Source of the DNA: Camelus ferus
Taxonomy: Eukaryota
NCBI RefSeq assembly: GCF_009834535.1
Contig: NC_045697.1
Coordinates: forward strand, 560,001 to 624,000
Direction of reading: 5' to 3'
DNA: 64,000 nt
In this document: one piece after another, positions 51,901 to 63,272 of the stretch
Position numbering within the stretch: position 1 is the first letter of the stretch
How the letters are laid out: each line of letters opens with the position of its first letter
Translations under genes and position numbers: made by a program
The notes under the pieces: generated by a model
What the model was told of the DNA's origin: nothing
The model's database searches: none
Seen by the model: only the letters and a program-made list of their open reading frames with translations

Positions 51901-54900
51901 CAGGACACCTGTGCCTCCAGACACCAGGTGCTGCTGCCCTTTTCCCTCGGTTCGTGCATTCAAGCTTGAGTGCAGTGTTAGCAGTGAAGTCCCTGCTTCT
52001 GTGTTGCCATCGTTTGAGGGGTCACCCCAGCTGCCAAGGAGCAGGAGATGCGAGTGTGGGAGTGATCACCGCAGTGGCGCCTGCTTGGGAGCCCTGGGGT
52101 TGTTCCCAGCAGAGCTGTGCCTGGGGGCCGGGCCAGGGACCAGGCGACAGTGGGCCTGACAGCCCTTCTGGACACGTGTGCGGCCTCGTCAGCACTAATT
52201 TAAGAACAAGGGAGCTGGGGCTCTGTATTTAATCACAGGGATAAACAACTTTGGTTGGGGGAAAAGAAGGTATAATTCCTGATAGTTAGCAGAGCAGCTG
52301 AGTATTTTGGGGGAAATGAAAATTCAATAAAAGTCCTTGGGGAAATTCCAGGGTGTGGGCAATAAGCATAGTATTTTATGAAAACGACCCCCATATTTAA
52401 AAGCTGGCACTGTATGTTATGCATTGTAGCACCCAGTCCACAGCTACCTTTTAGAAAATTAAAACACATAAATTCTGTTTAGTGTTTGATACGCGCTGCA
52501 CAAGCCAGGACCGTAATGCCCGAAAACCTTGGGCTGCTCTCCACCTTTCATAAATTCCTGGGTAGATTCTATACAAAAATAATTTTCAGGTCCGCGGCTC
52601 ATTGTTATTCAAACGTGATTGATCGTCGCCATTTGCCCGGCTCGGGAGTTAAGTGCCCCTGTCATTTCCAAAGAGTATAATTGGGACGTTTCACAGGTCA
52701 GCGGCGGAGACAGGCTTCCCTTTTGATCAGTGTTAGACTGATAACAAAAATTACAGTTTCCAGTGATTAATGTCTCCGTTCTTCCCAGACGCACCACGAG
52801 CCGTGCGAGCACAGTGCATTTGCATCTGATTAGGGCAGCTCCTCCGTGGCTTCCTGGGTCCCTGGGTCCCGGGTTGGCAGGCGGCGTGCTAGCCAGGCCT
52901 GGGCTGGTGGCCGCCCCTGGCCCTGCAGTGACGGTCGGCGGGGGCGGTGCCTGCTGGCCTCCTCCCTGGGGGTCAGCAGGCCCAGGCGGCCACCTCGGGC
53001 CTCCGAGCCACAGTGTGAGGTGGACTGTAGGAGGGGATGTGTGCATCAGAGGGTTACAGCTGCAGTTGGTATGGACTCGGCAGGGGTCACCTCTCTGGGT
53101 ATTTCCTTGGGGTGGGTTCTTGGGGCAGAAGCCCCTACTGGTCTGAGTGGGCCAGAGGCAGAAAGGGGCCCCAAGTGTTTCAGGTGGGGTTGGCCATAGG
53201 GCAGGGCTCCCAGTGCCTTCCTGCTCTGGAAAGACAGGTCCCTGTGGGGGTTGCTGAGAATGTGGGGCTGAGAGGGCTGGGGAGCAGGAGGCTGAGCTGG
53301 CCCAGAGGGGTGCCATGCGTCAGGGTCTGAGCAGGGAGGGCTGCTGACACGTGATTCCCGCTCTACACGGCCCTGGTGCCTGATGAGTGTGTGTGGCCAT
53401 CGGTCGCCCTGCCCTTTGGGGGCCCTCTGCCCCCATAAGGTAAGCCCTTCATGCTCAGGGTCCCTGCTGCACCCCCAGCAAGCAGATGAGGGCAGAGGGC
53501 AGAGAAGTTCCAGGGCCCTGGGCTGGGGGCAGGGGCTCTCTCAGGCCTCTGGGCCCCCCAGGGGTGGCACAGGTGCCCATGTCTTGCCAAGTGGGCGGGG
53601 AGGGCAGCCTTGTCTGGAGAAAGCTTTTGCTTGGTGGCTTTTTAACAAGTCATTTTAGGGACAGAATATTCCAGAAGTGCTGTGGTCACACCGGCACCAG
53701 CAGAGGCCCAGGTGGACAGGACGCAGTGCCTTGGCCTGGCTGGAGCTAGAAGGAGGGCCAGCAACTCAGGCCCTGCCATTACCCCGGGCTCTAGGGGGCT
53801 GAGGCTGTCCCCTCCGTGCATTTCAAGGGGACAGCTGGAGGAGGATTTAGGCAGGGAGCAGGCGGGAGGTGACCATAGGCGCATCCCTCGTGGTCGATGC
53901 TTAAACCCCAGCCTGGAGGAAATACACAGGGGCAGGACTAGGGGTCCTGGGGTTCTGCCTGTGGTTCCTTCACACAGATCTGGGGATTTCCACAGAAGGC
54001 GGCCCCCGGGGACGAGGACCAGGACGAGGATGAGGACTTCGTGGAGGTCCCGGAGAAGGAGGGGTATGAGCCTTGCATCCCTGAGCACCTGCGGCCTGAG
54101 TACGGTGAGCGGCCAGAGGGGCCTGGGGGGCGTGAGCTCACCTCCGGTCCAGGGCCCGCCGAGTGGGAAGCAGGCTCCGGGTCGTACTGGGCACTCCAGG
54201 CTGTGCCTCATGGTCCTGAGGTTCCCCGTGGTCCTGCCTGGCAACCCTGCAGAGCTGCTTTTATGGACAGTCCTGTGATCCTCCCTTGTGAGCAGGCTGC
54301 TCACTGGCCCTGGGTGGGCAGGCCCTGCTGCCAGCTCCTGCAGGGGTAGCGGGCTGTCCAGACCGAGGCCCCTGACTCAGCACACAGGCCTGTGCTGACT
54401 CCTCACCCAGCAGCCTCAGGCCCCACCTTGGCGCAGGACCGCCCTGCTTGGGGTCACAGAAATCTCAGGAACGGGTCCAGGGCAGGAGGGGCACCCTCCG
54501 AGCAGAGAGCAGGCCTGGGGCTCCTGCACTCAAGGGAGGGCGTTGGGGCGGATGGTGCGATTCCTGCAGCCATGGGGCCCTTTGGGCTGCGAGGGAGTCG
54601 ATGGCCGGGGCCACTGCTGCTCAGTGGGTGGGGGCAGCCACCTCATGCCCTCGGGGCCCCCCTGCTGTGCAGTCACCATTTCTGTAAGTGCCACAAGTAA
54701 GGCCACATCCTCCTTGCCGCCTGTGGAGTCACGGGCTCAGCGTCCAGCCGAGAGTCTGTTTTCTCCAGGACGTGGAGCACAGACGCAGTTCGGGGAGTGC
54801 TCGCCCACCTGCGACTGACCAATCTTTCCTGTGTAGAATTTTCTTCTTTCCCAGAAAACCTCCAAAAGCCAGGTCTGTACAGGAGGCATCTCTCATCCAA

Positions 54901-57900
54901 GGAAGCAAACAAACAAGGGCTTGTGGGGTTTGTGGCGAAGTGGCCGAGGCGACCAGAGTCTGAGTGTGGGGTGAGGTGTGGCATCGTCGACGAGCTTGGA
55001 TGCCTGGAGCCCAGGGTGCAGACATGACCCATCGCGGTGTCATGCCAGATTAACAGACGGACTTCCCGACCCTCCGGTGTTCGGGCCTGTTTACTCTCTG
55101 CCTGTGCCTGCTGGCTCGTCTCTGGGCACCCCAGGGCAGCGCTGTCCCCCACCCCCTGCCCACTGGGCCACTCCCATGCCCTCTGTGCTTCCGTGTCCTT
55201 CCAGGTGCCCGGGCATCTGCCACCCGCAGCTCATGCTGTCCCACACCCACAAGGCACACAGAGGTGCAGTGACTGCCCTCCCACACCCAGAGTCCTGCCC
55301 GTTCCCTGGGTCCCTGCCCACTGTCCCACCCTGGGTCAGGCCTCCCGGAGGGCCCGGCTCTGAGGGCACCCAGCCCCAGCAGGCACTTGTCCTCCTAGTC
55401 GAGGCCCCAGGCACGAGAACAGAGGTAAACCATCCTGGTTCTTCCTGGTCCGGACAGTCTGTGAGCCCTCGTCCGAAGGGCCCCGCCACCCAGGTGGCTC
55501 GGAGGCCCCCTTGGTGCTGTGGGCCTTCGCCATTGCCTGCACCCCACCGCTGCTTCTTCCTCGTGAGGGTACCGGTGCCAGCAGGTGGGCGCTGGAGCTG
55601 GGCAGGGACGCGGCCTCGCTGAAGTCCCCACGGGCCCACGGCCGGTGCTGGGTGAGCCAGTTCATAATGCTGGTTTATGCTCTGCCGCTGTTTTTTCAGT
55701 TAAACGCGGTGAGTCTGCAGTGGATTCGGTCTAGATCCACATGGCGCTCCTTTTCTTTCTCAGAATTTTCGCAGAGGGGCTTTTATCTTCCCCTTAATCC
55801 TGCCATTTCTGTCAGGACGTAATCTCTTTCTCGAATTTACATTTTAATTACAAGGCCAGCTGAACTGGCGAGATCAATACAGTCGAGCTTGCTGCCGCGG
55901 CCGAACTCCGTGGGAAGCCCTGGCCTCTCCATTCCCTGCCATCGATCCCGCCCCCGCCCCCGCCCCCCTCTGCTTCAGTGCTTCAGGCCAATAGCGGCCA
56001 CTTGGTCAATTTACACGAAAAGGGGGATTTGGACATTTTTACGGCTCTTTCTAAAAGCCACCTTGGGAGTAAATCTGAGCCGAGATCTGGTGCTTCAGTC
56101 CGGTGCCCTTGGGCAGTGGGAGCTGTGCAGCCCCCAGTTTTCCCAGGAGTCACTGTTCTCTGCAAAATCGCAGCCCGCGGCCTGGGGCATGCCTGCTTTT
56201 TGGGTTCTTACTTTGAAAGTATGTCATCGAGATTGATTTTTCTGGGACAACATGAAACTGGTAGTGTTTTTTCAGTGCCGAGTACTTACCCTGCTTCAAC
56301 ACGCTTACCCATCTTTTTAATGGTTTAAAACAACAAATCGATGAAAAATATATTTCATTCTTGTAACTCTGAGGAATTCTCATATTGATCTCGTGGCTGT
56401 GATTGTATCCACCTAAGTGCCACGGCGGCCACTTACCGGCCGCGCTGCCGTGTGTGCACCCGTGCATGACCGTGTCAGGGTCTGCCCCGGTGGGTGACGG
56501 CGGTGGGGGCATTTGGAAGTTTTGTGACCACCTGGGATGTGTTGGTGACTTGGCTGGTCCCGCCTACCTTCCAAGTGTGCCCATGTCTCCGGGGCTCATA
56601 GCCAGGGCACTGCCAGGTGGCCCTCCCCCACCCTCAGCCACGGGCACTTGAGAAGCAGGGAGCCCCCCACTCACAGGGTCCTGTTAGACCTGGAAAGGTG
56701 TCTGGAGCAGGTGCTGGCAAGCGTTCTCTGGGGTGGGGGGTGGGGCTGGGTGAACATTTCGGATTTGTGGGCCGCGCCAGGCCTCTGTCACAGCTCTTCT
56801 GTCGTCTGCAGAAGCACCAGATGGCACACTCACAGGCGCCTGCCCTGTGCCGAGAGGCTGCGTGCAGACCCTGCTGCAAAGAGCCAGGCGCTGTGACAGT
56901 GGCCTGAGCAGGGCCTTCTCCTTGCCCAGGGAGCACTTCCCTTGGTGTCCAGTGCTCAGTGCTACGACATGTGCTTTCTGATTTGTCTCTGGAAGTGGAG
57001 GACATCCTGAATTCTGTGCAGGTGGATGGAGGCGTGGTGAGGAAAGCCGGTGCACAGGGAGCATGGGGGCGCAGACAGGTCTGCGCTGCCGCATCTGCTC
57101 CTCTGGTGGCCCCAGGGGCTGCCCCCTGGTTGTCGTGGCCGCTTCTCGTGTGTGCTGGGAAGGACTGCTCGGGCGTGAAGTCCCACGATGTCGGTAGGAG
57201 AAGCCACGACTCCACTGACCCCTGGGTCCCGGCCGCCGGCCAGGGTCCTTGGAGCCGCTCACGTCTGCACACGTGGTCACTCCTTGTGTTCCCTCGTTAA
57301 CAAGGCCTGGTTTCTCTCCTGGTGTCTGTCAGCTCAGTTTTCTCCTGGTTCCCGTTTGCACAGCAAGTCTTTTCTCGTCCTTTTATTTTCAGCCTTCTGT
57401 TGACCGGTTGCTTTGAGGGGTTCTCGGGTGGACTGGGGGCTGGGTGTTCTTAGGCGAATTGGTCTGAGTGACTTTAACCCACCTGAGTAGTGGCCGCTGG
57501 GGTCCCGGCTGTGCTCGGTGGCCCCCATGCTTCTGTTCTCCAGACTTCCTTTTCCGTTTGCCATTGCTGCTGTTTCCTTTTCCCCACTTCTTGTGGGGTG
57601 GATAAACGTCTCTTCTGCTGGTCTTAGAAGTGTTCACGTGGTGTAAACGGAGCGACGAAATGCTGTGCTTCAGGTGGTCTCGCCCAGTCTGGGGGTCACC
57701 GTCACGCTCACTGCACACCCTCGCCGCATGCTGTGTCCACGCCGGGCCTGTGCAAGGTCAGGGACATGGTTGCTTCCGTTGCCCCGGCCTCCAGGGTCGT
57801 CCGGAAACCAGTTGAATTCTGATTGTTGTGGAGGCTTGGGCTAGAGGGAGCAAGTCCTGCACGCCCTCCAGGCGGGTCATCATGTGGAGTTGGGTGGAGT

Positions 57901-60900
57901 CACCTCCTGCACCTGCACATTGAAACCTCGTGTAGCTGGGTATGAAATTCTGAATCTGGGTGGCATTTCGCCAGTGTGAGGTGCCTTCCGAGGCCTTTCC
58001 CTCACTGTTGTGTTGGAGACGAGGGTCCCCGCGAGCGCTTGTGGCTTTGGGGCATCGGCTTTCTCCTCGGAAGCTCTGCAGGCCTCTCTCTTCACATCTG
58101 ATGCTCTTGTGTTTCCTTCTACGGCACTAACGTGTTTGTCCTCCCATCTCCTCCCTGACACTCACTGAGCCCCTCGGGCCTCCTCAAAGTCCTGGAGGGC
58201 TGGGCTCTTTGCTTCTCCCACTGCTTCCTGCACACCAGTTCTCTTCCTCTCTGTCTGGGATCCAGCGATGGGGACGTTGATACTGGCGCATCTGCCCTTG
58301 ACGCCCCCAAACCGTGAGCTCCTGGGAGCTTGTCCCCTCCGAACACCGGCGCACGTCCCGCAGCCACCCTCCCCGCCCTTCCGGCCACCTGGAATTCACT
58401 GAGGCCCTGCTTGCCTGTGGGCTTCCGTCCTGCGGCTTCCTCTCCCAGGGTCCTTGTCAGGTCTCTAGCTCTGGCTTCTGGTCCTCCCTGTCCTCCAGAT
58501 ACTTTGTTCCTTTATTCACCTGTTTTTCTCCTGGCAGTGCAGGCGCTCCACTCCGCAGAGGGACAAGTGCTCTGTCCCGGCCAGGGGCTCCCGCCGGCTG
58601 TTGGGGAAGGGAGATGACGCCCTCAGTGTGGGGGTGCCTCTGGGGTCTTCTGGGCAGCCTGGGAGCCCCAGTCCCTGTGCCCAGCTGGGAGGGGCGTGCA
58701 AGGGTCTGGGGAGCCCAGACAGGCCAGCGGGCTGGGGAGCGGCGTGGGTGGGATCCAGTAGTTGCCTGCCCTGAGGACCTGGGTGTGGACGCAGCCTGCA
58801 GGTGAGTGGCCTGGTGGCCTTGGTGAGATGCCTGCGTCGGGGCCATATCTGGCGGGCAGCGGAGCGGGTACTGTTGGGGGCCTCGGCACGCTTACATGTG
58901 GGATGGGGACATGGTGCCCTTGCAAGTCTGTCCGGGGTCATGGGACAGTGGCCAAGAACAGACATGTCTCCGTCCCAGGGTTGGAGAAAAAGCCATCTGC
59001 GCCAGGCCTGCAGGCGAGGAGGACAAGGCCCGAGGAGGAGGCGGCGTCTGACCCCACCTCTGTGGCCGCGCAGCTGCATCACCTCCGGCAACACTTGCCT
59101 GTGCCCTTGCCCCCAAGCCCCAGGTGACTCCCGCACGCCAGCCTCTGCCCAGGCCAGGCCCACCTTTGGCCTCAGAGGCTGCCCTGCCTGCACACGTGGC
59201 CCGCAAGCACTGCTGTGCTGGGGGAGGGGGTCCTCAGAGCTGGTGTGCAAGCAGCACAAGGGCCCAAGGCCCTGGGGTTTGAGGGGCCGACCACAGGGCA
59301 CCCCCAGGCCCAGCATGACGACTGGATCCAAAGCCAGCTCCCCATGGAGTCCCAGGACGGCCAGGCTTCTGAAAGGGGCTAGGCAGCTGCCCCGGGGCCC
59401 GGGCCGGAGGTAGTGGAGGTCACTGCTCCAGTGTGCTGACTGGGGCTGCAGCGGGCTGTGGAGGGGAAGGGTGGGTGGCTCTGGCCGGCTCCAGGCGCCG
59501 CGTCACCGAATCCTGCTCTTTCGTGTTGTGCTCTCCAGGGCACCACGGGGGCCAGAGGAGGCTAAGGCGCAGGCTGCAGAGCGGGCCCGGGCGCCCGTCG
59601 TGCCCTTCGGGGTGGACCTGTGCTACTGGGGCCGGGAGCGGCTGCCGGCCAGGGAGATGCTCCAGTGAGTGCGGCGTCCGTGGTCCTGTGGGCCCTGTCC
59701 TGCTCCTGCCCCGGCCCGGGGACTCAGCCTGGGTTCGGCCCAGCTTTGCTGTGGGCCCCCAGGGCACCACGAGTGGCCTGAGGAGGCGGCCCCTCACATG
59801 TCCTGTGTCCTTTTCTCAGCTTCCCTGTCGCTCCTCAGTGGGACGTCCTGTGTTGTCCTCCCTGATCGTCGGGCTTCATGGTGGCCTGGAGGGCTGTCCT
59901 CCAGGGTCTGGGGTCCCTCCCAACCCGTCCCGCTCCTTCCAGCCTCTCCACCCAGGCCCTTGCCACGACAGCCCCGTGGTCCTCTGACTCGGACCTCTGC
60001 CTGGGCCAGGCTTGGCTTAGGCTCTGCAAGAAGTTTCTGGGAAGCCCGCCTCTCTCCAGGGTCGTAGAGGAGAGGGGCACAGGCCACAGGCCCAGGCCAG
60101 GCTGGGGCAGCGTGTGGCGGGGGTCAGGGGTGCCTGACGGCGCCCCTGCCTTGCTGGGTATCTGCTTGTCCTGGGTGAACTCACAGGCCCGAGTATCTTT
60201 GGGTTCTGCTCCCAAGAGGTCCACCCTCAGCTGCCAGCCTGGCTTTGCTGCTGGCACCATCCGGTGGCCACTCTGCAGTGGTGCCGAGTCTCGGGTCTGC
60301 ACGCAGGTCGGACTCTGAGCACCGCTTCTGGAAGCCCCTCGAGGCGGACGTGGGAGAGGACGGCGCTGCTGTGTCTGAGTCGCTGTGGAGCCGCCGCATC
60401 CCCTTCGCGGGGCAGTTTGAGCCTGTGCAGCACCAATGCCGCGCTCCCCGGCCCGATGGCCGGCTCTGCCAGCGCCAGGACCGCCTGAAGGTGAGCCGGG
60501 GGGCGGGGGCATCTTGGCCAGCACCCCCTCCACAGGATGGGCTCGTCTGTGGCTGTGCCTGGGCTTCCTGCGCGGGCCGGTGGCCTGACACGTGGACACG
60601 GGACTTGAGACGCTCCTCCTCTGTTCCTGGCCCCCACCTCCACGCGCACACATCCTCCTGAGCCCGTTCTGTGCCTTGCCCCAGCGTCTGCAGAGGTGGC
60701 CTTGTGCACTGGGCGGGGCTTTGGCCAGACTAACTCAGGCCCCAGACCCTCCTCCACTGCCTGGCTCCTTCATGGCCATGCCCAAGGCCCCTCCTTTGAG
60801 GGGTGTGTGGCTGGAGGGCGAGCCTGTTGGGGAAGGCTGGCGGCCCCTCTGGCATCAGAATCCCTCTATCCTTCGCCGCAGTGCCCTTTCCATGGGAAGA

Positions 60901-63272
60901 TCATCCCAAGAGACGAAGCAGGACGGCCCCTCCACCCAGAGGACAGGGCCCAGGAGCAGAGGCAGCAGCTGCAGAGGCCAGCGGGGCGCCCGGGTAGGTC
61001 TGGGGGGACAAGATGGGGGTGGCACCATATAGGGACACACCCGGACCCGTCAGTTCCCAGGGCAGCCCTGTGCCTGCACATGGTCACCTGCAGCCGCCTG
61101 CTGGTTGTAACTCACGAGTGTGGCCGGAACACTCCACCTTCAGGCCCCTGCCCCACCAGGCTTTCACAGGGCTCCTGATGTGGACACACCCACAACCAGA
61201 AACTACCTTGTTATCATTTGTTTGTCTGGAGTCTGGGTTCTTAATTCTGTTTTTAAGCAGATGAAAAACTGGAACAAGAAAAGTTAAAAGTTGAGCCCCA
61301 GGTGGCTCGTCCTGGCACGTGCCGCGGGCCGGCGGCTGCCTGGCCCCCAGAGGGCCCCTGGACAGCTCGGCCAGGTGGTGACACGCAGAAGTGGTCGTCA
61401 CTGCCGACACACTCAGGGTGAGGTGGAGGGCCCGAATTGATGTGTCTGTGGTTTGTCAGAAGTGGGCTGGGGTCTGGAGGCCCTGCAGGCCCAGGGCCCC
61501 TTCTGGGAAAGGCCCAGCTGGCAGGCCCAGAGCCCCGGGGGGCAGAGTGGGGGTCTCAGGGGGTCACCGCTGGGCACCTGTCATTAGTGGGCTTCTTTCC
61601 TTTGTTGCAAGAGACAAGGATTCGGTTTCAGCCTCACACCCAAGGTCGGCGCCTGGGCCCCCGGGGCCTGGAGGGCGGCAGGGAGGGGCCTTGACCCGCT
61701 AATCCGCGGGGCGAGGCCTTCCCTGGTGGCTCACACTCAGGAGCAAATTAAGTGCCTATTTTTTGTGTCAGCCCTGAAGAGTATCTGGTTCTGCAGCCCT
61801 CGGTGACTTGTTAACAACAGGTATCGGGCTGGGGCCGCGGGCCGGCGCTGGCCAGTCAGATGTGAAATAGCATCTCTTTACTAACTACAGTATTGATCCC
61901 CGCCTCCCTCGCAGGCCGGGCAATTTTCTTCTCCCTGGCGCGACCCTCGGTGACAATGCGCACAGAGCTCCGGGCCCGTCAGCACGCAGGACGGCCACAC
62001 GCCCGGCTTCTATTGATTTTCTTCAAAGGCTTTTAAATTGCTCCTTCATTTTACTGAGATGCTCATTCCACCTCTCCTGGGTGCCGGCGTTTTCCCATTG
62101 TGTTTAAACAATTGCTCCATTCACCAGGTTCCTAAACTGTGACGCCTTCTCATTACTGGGAGATAAACTGTTTGGACAGTTTTCCTTAATCTTGGATTAA
62201 TGGTTCCTGTATCTGGGTTGTGCAGCCCCATATTCCTTCACTTCGGAAATCAACTTGGGAGGCCTCGCCATCTGTCTGTCTGGGCGCGTGGCTTCTCCCC
62301 TTCCTGGACGTGGCCGGCCCGCGGCCCGGGCCCCGGCCCATGGGCCTCTTGTTTGCATGGTGGTGTCATCGGGGGCAGGAAGCCAGGGCTGGGGTCTGGG
62401 TGCCTGGGGGGTGCTGTGCTGTCATGTAGCTGACCTGGGTGCCTGTCCTGAGCCAGCTGGCTGGACAGACGCTGAATCTCAGGGATCCCCGTGTGGCCTT
62501 CAGATGCCCCCCCCACCCCTCCCCAGGAGCAGAAGCAGAGGCTGAGAGGGGAGTAGCTGCCAGGGCAGCGGTGGGGCTGCTGTTGGAACCCCGGGCTGGG
62601 AGCCCCCCCCCATTTTGACAGTTAACGCTGTTAGTCCTGGCAGATGGACACACCGACCTAGCTCTGGTATAGCCTAGGGCTGGCGAGGCTAGACTCCGGG
62701 GCTGGGTGATGTTTGCTTCCCCTCGGAGCTGTCTCCCGCTGCCCTGAAGGGCCTGGGCTGAGGCAGTTGTCCCTGCAGGAGGGGTGGGCTGTCTGCTGGC
62801 GCCTGCGACCAAGTTGTCTTCGGATCGATGAAGAGTCCCTGGCCCCTCAGTCTGGCTGACCCTGCTGCACACACCCACCGGCCAGCAGACGGGTCTGGGG
62901 GCCACGGCCCAGCCTGGAGGCTGGGAAGCAGCCTATGTGTGGCTCTGCCCCTGGCCGCCAGCCTCAGTGGCCTTCCTGCCTAAGGGGTGGGTCTGTGGGG
63001 TAGCCAGTGGCCCTCCCAGCCCCCGTTTCAAGGAGGGGTCAGGGCTCAGGTGAGGTTGGTGCTGGGTGTCTTCTGAAATCTTGGGGTCTGTTTGCAGACT
63101 GGCAGGACCCCGAGTTCATGAGGGACGTGGAGGCAGCCACTGGGGTGGATCTTGGCTCGTCCAGGTCCAGGGGGAGAGGCCAGGGGAGGAGGAGGAAGCA
63201 CCCTGGCCTCACCGACCTCAGGCGGCAGGCCGACACAGCGCGGGCTCGCATTGCCAAGAAGGTCTTCGCCAA
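42823..63272 (+). CDS. UVSSA: UVSSA, UV-stimulated scaffold protein A (TC-NER), 3'-partial; join(42823..42920,43954..44284,45042..45162,45869..46195,46919..47031,47129..47257,53996..54104,58979..59123,59539..59664,60307..60490,60882..60993,63098..63272)
   Basis: Twelve GT-AG exons with consistent phases give [33 protein letters not shown]... (VHS domain), [13 protein letters not shown], zinc finger [22 protein letters not shown], ...[10 protein letters not shown]; terminal exon not found in the window. Confidence 0.96.
43705..43845 (+). mobile_element. hAT-Charlie MITE end (MER58-like)
   Basis: 'gtaaaaaccactcttggctggtgggccatacagaagaaggctgggccagatttggccc' resembles the MER58 3' terminus. Confidence 0.6.
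43954..44284 (+). CDS. UVSSA: UVSSA coding exon 2 (VHS domain)
   Basis: ccccag/[30 protein letters not shown]...[19 protein letters not shown]/gtgggc; 331 nt. Confidence 0.96.
45042..45162 (+). CDS. UVSSA: UVSSA coding exon 3
   Basis: ttctcag/[44 protein letters not shown]/gtgaga; 121 nt. Confidence 0.95.
45869..46195 (+). CDS. UVSSA: UVSSA coding exon 4
   Basis: ctaccag/[23 protein letters not shown]...EEQPCCSK...[17 protein letters not shown]/gtaacg; 327 nt. Confidence 0.94.
46919..47031 (+). CDS. UVSSA: UVSSA coding exon 5
   Basis: gttgcag/[42 protein letters not shown]/gtgagg; 113 nt. Confidence 0.95.
47129..47257 (+). CDS. UVSSA: UVSSA coding exon 6
   Basis: tcttgcag/[49 protein letters not shown]/gtgagt; 129 nt. 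Confidence 0.93.
48180..49100. promoter_or_regulatory. Intronic (orphan) CpG island inside UVSSA
   Basis: Dense CG dinucleotides, strongest at 48530-49090; not associated with any identified exon. Confidence 0.8.
48239..48259 (+). repeat. Short interstitial telomeric repeat GGG(TTAGGG)3
   Basis: GGGTTAGGGTTAGGGTTAGGG read directly. Confidence 0.95.
50185..50290 (-). mobile_element. MIR SINE core
   Basis: 'ccgcattttacagatgagaagactgagtctggggga' matches the MIR core. Confidence 0.7.
53996..54104 (+). CDS. UVSSA: UVSSA coding exon 7 (acidic TFIIH-p62 binding motif and the lysine equivalent to human K414)
   Basis: [37 protein letters not shown]/gtgagc. Acceptor is ambiguous (53977, 53995 or 53998; all in frame). 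Confidence 0.9.
58979..59123 (+). CDS. UVSSA: UVSSA coding exon 8
   Basis: gtcccag/[51 protein letters not shown]/gtgact; 145 nt. Confidence 0.9.
59539..59664 (+). CDS. UVSSA: UVSSA coding exon 9
   Basis: ctctccag/[44 protein letters not shown]/gtgagt; 126 nt. Confidence 0.92.
60307..60490 (+). CDS. UVSSA: UVSSA coding exon 10 (DUF2043 / zinc finger first part)
   Basis: acgcag/[11 protein letters not shown]...[32 protein letters not shown]/gtgagc; 184 nt. Confidence 0.95.
60882..60993 (+). CDS. UVSSA: UVSSA coding exon 11
   Basis: ccgcag/[41 protein letters not shown]/gtaggt; 112 nt. Confidence 0.95.
63098..63272 (+). CDS. UVSSA: UVSSA coding exon 12
   Basis: tttgcag/[23 protein letters not shown]...[24 protein letters not shown](K); AA/gtaaga; 175 nt. 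Confidence 0.95.
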
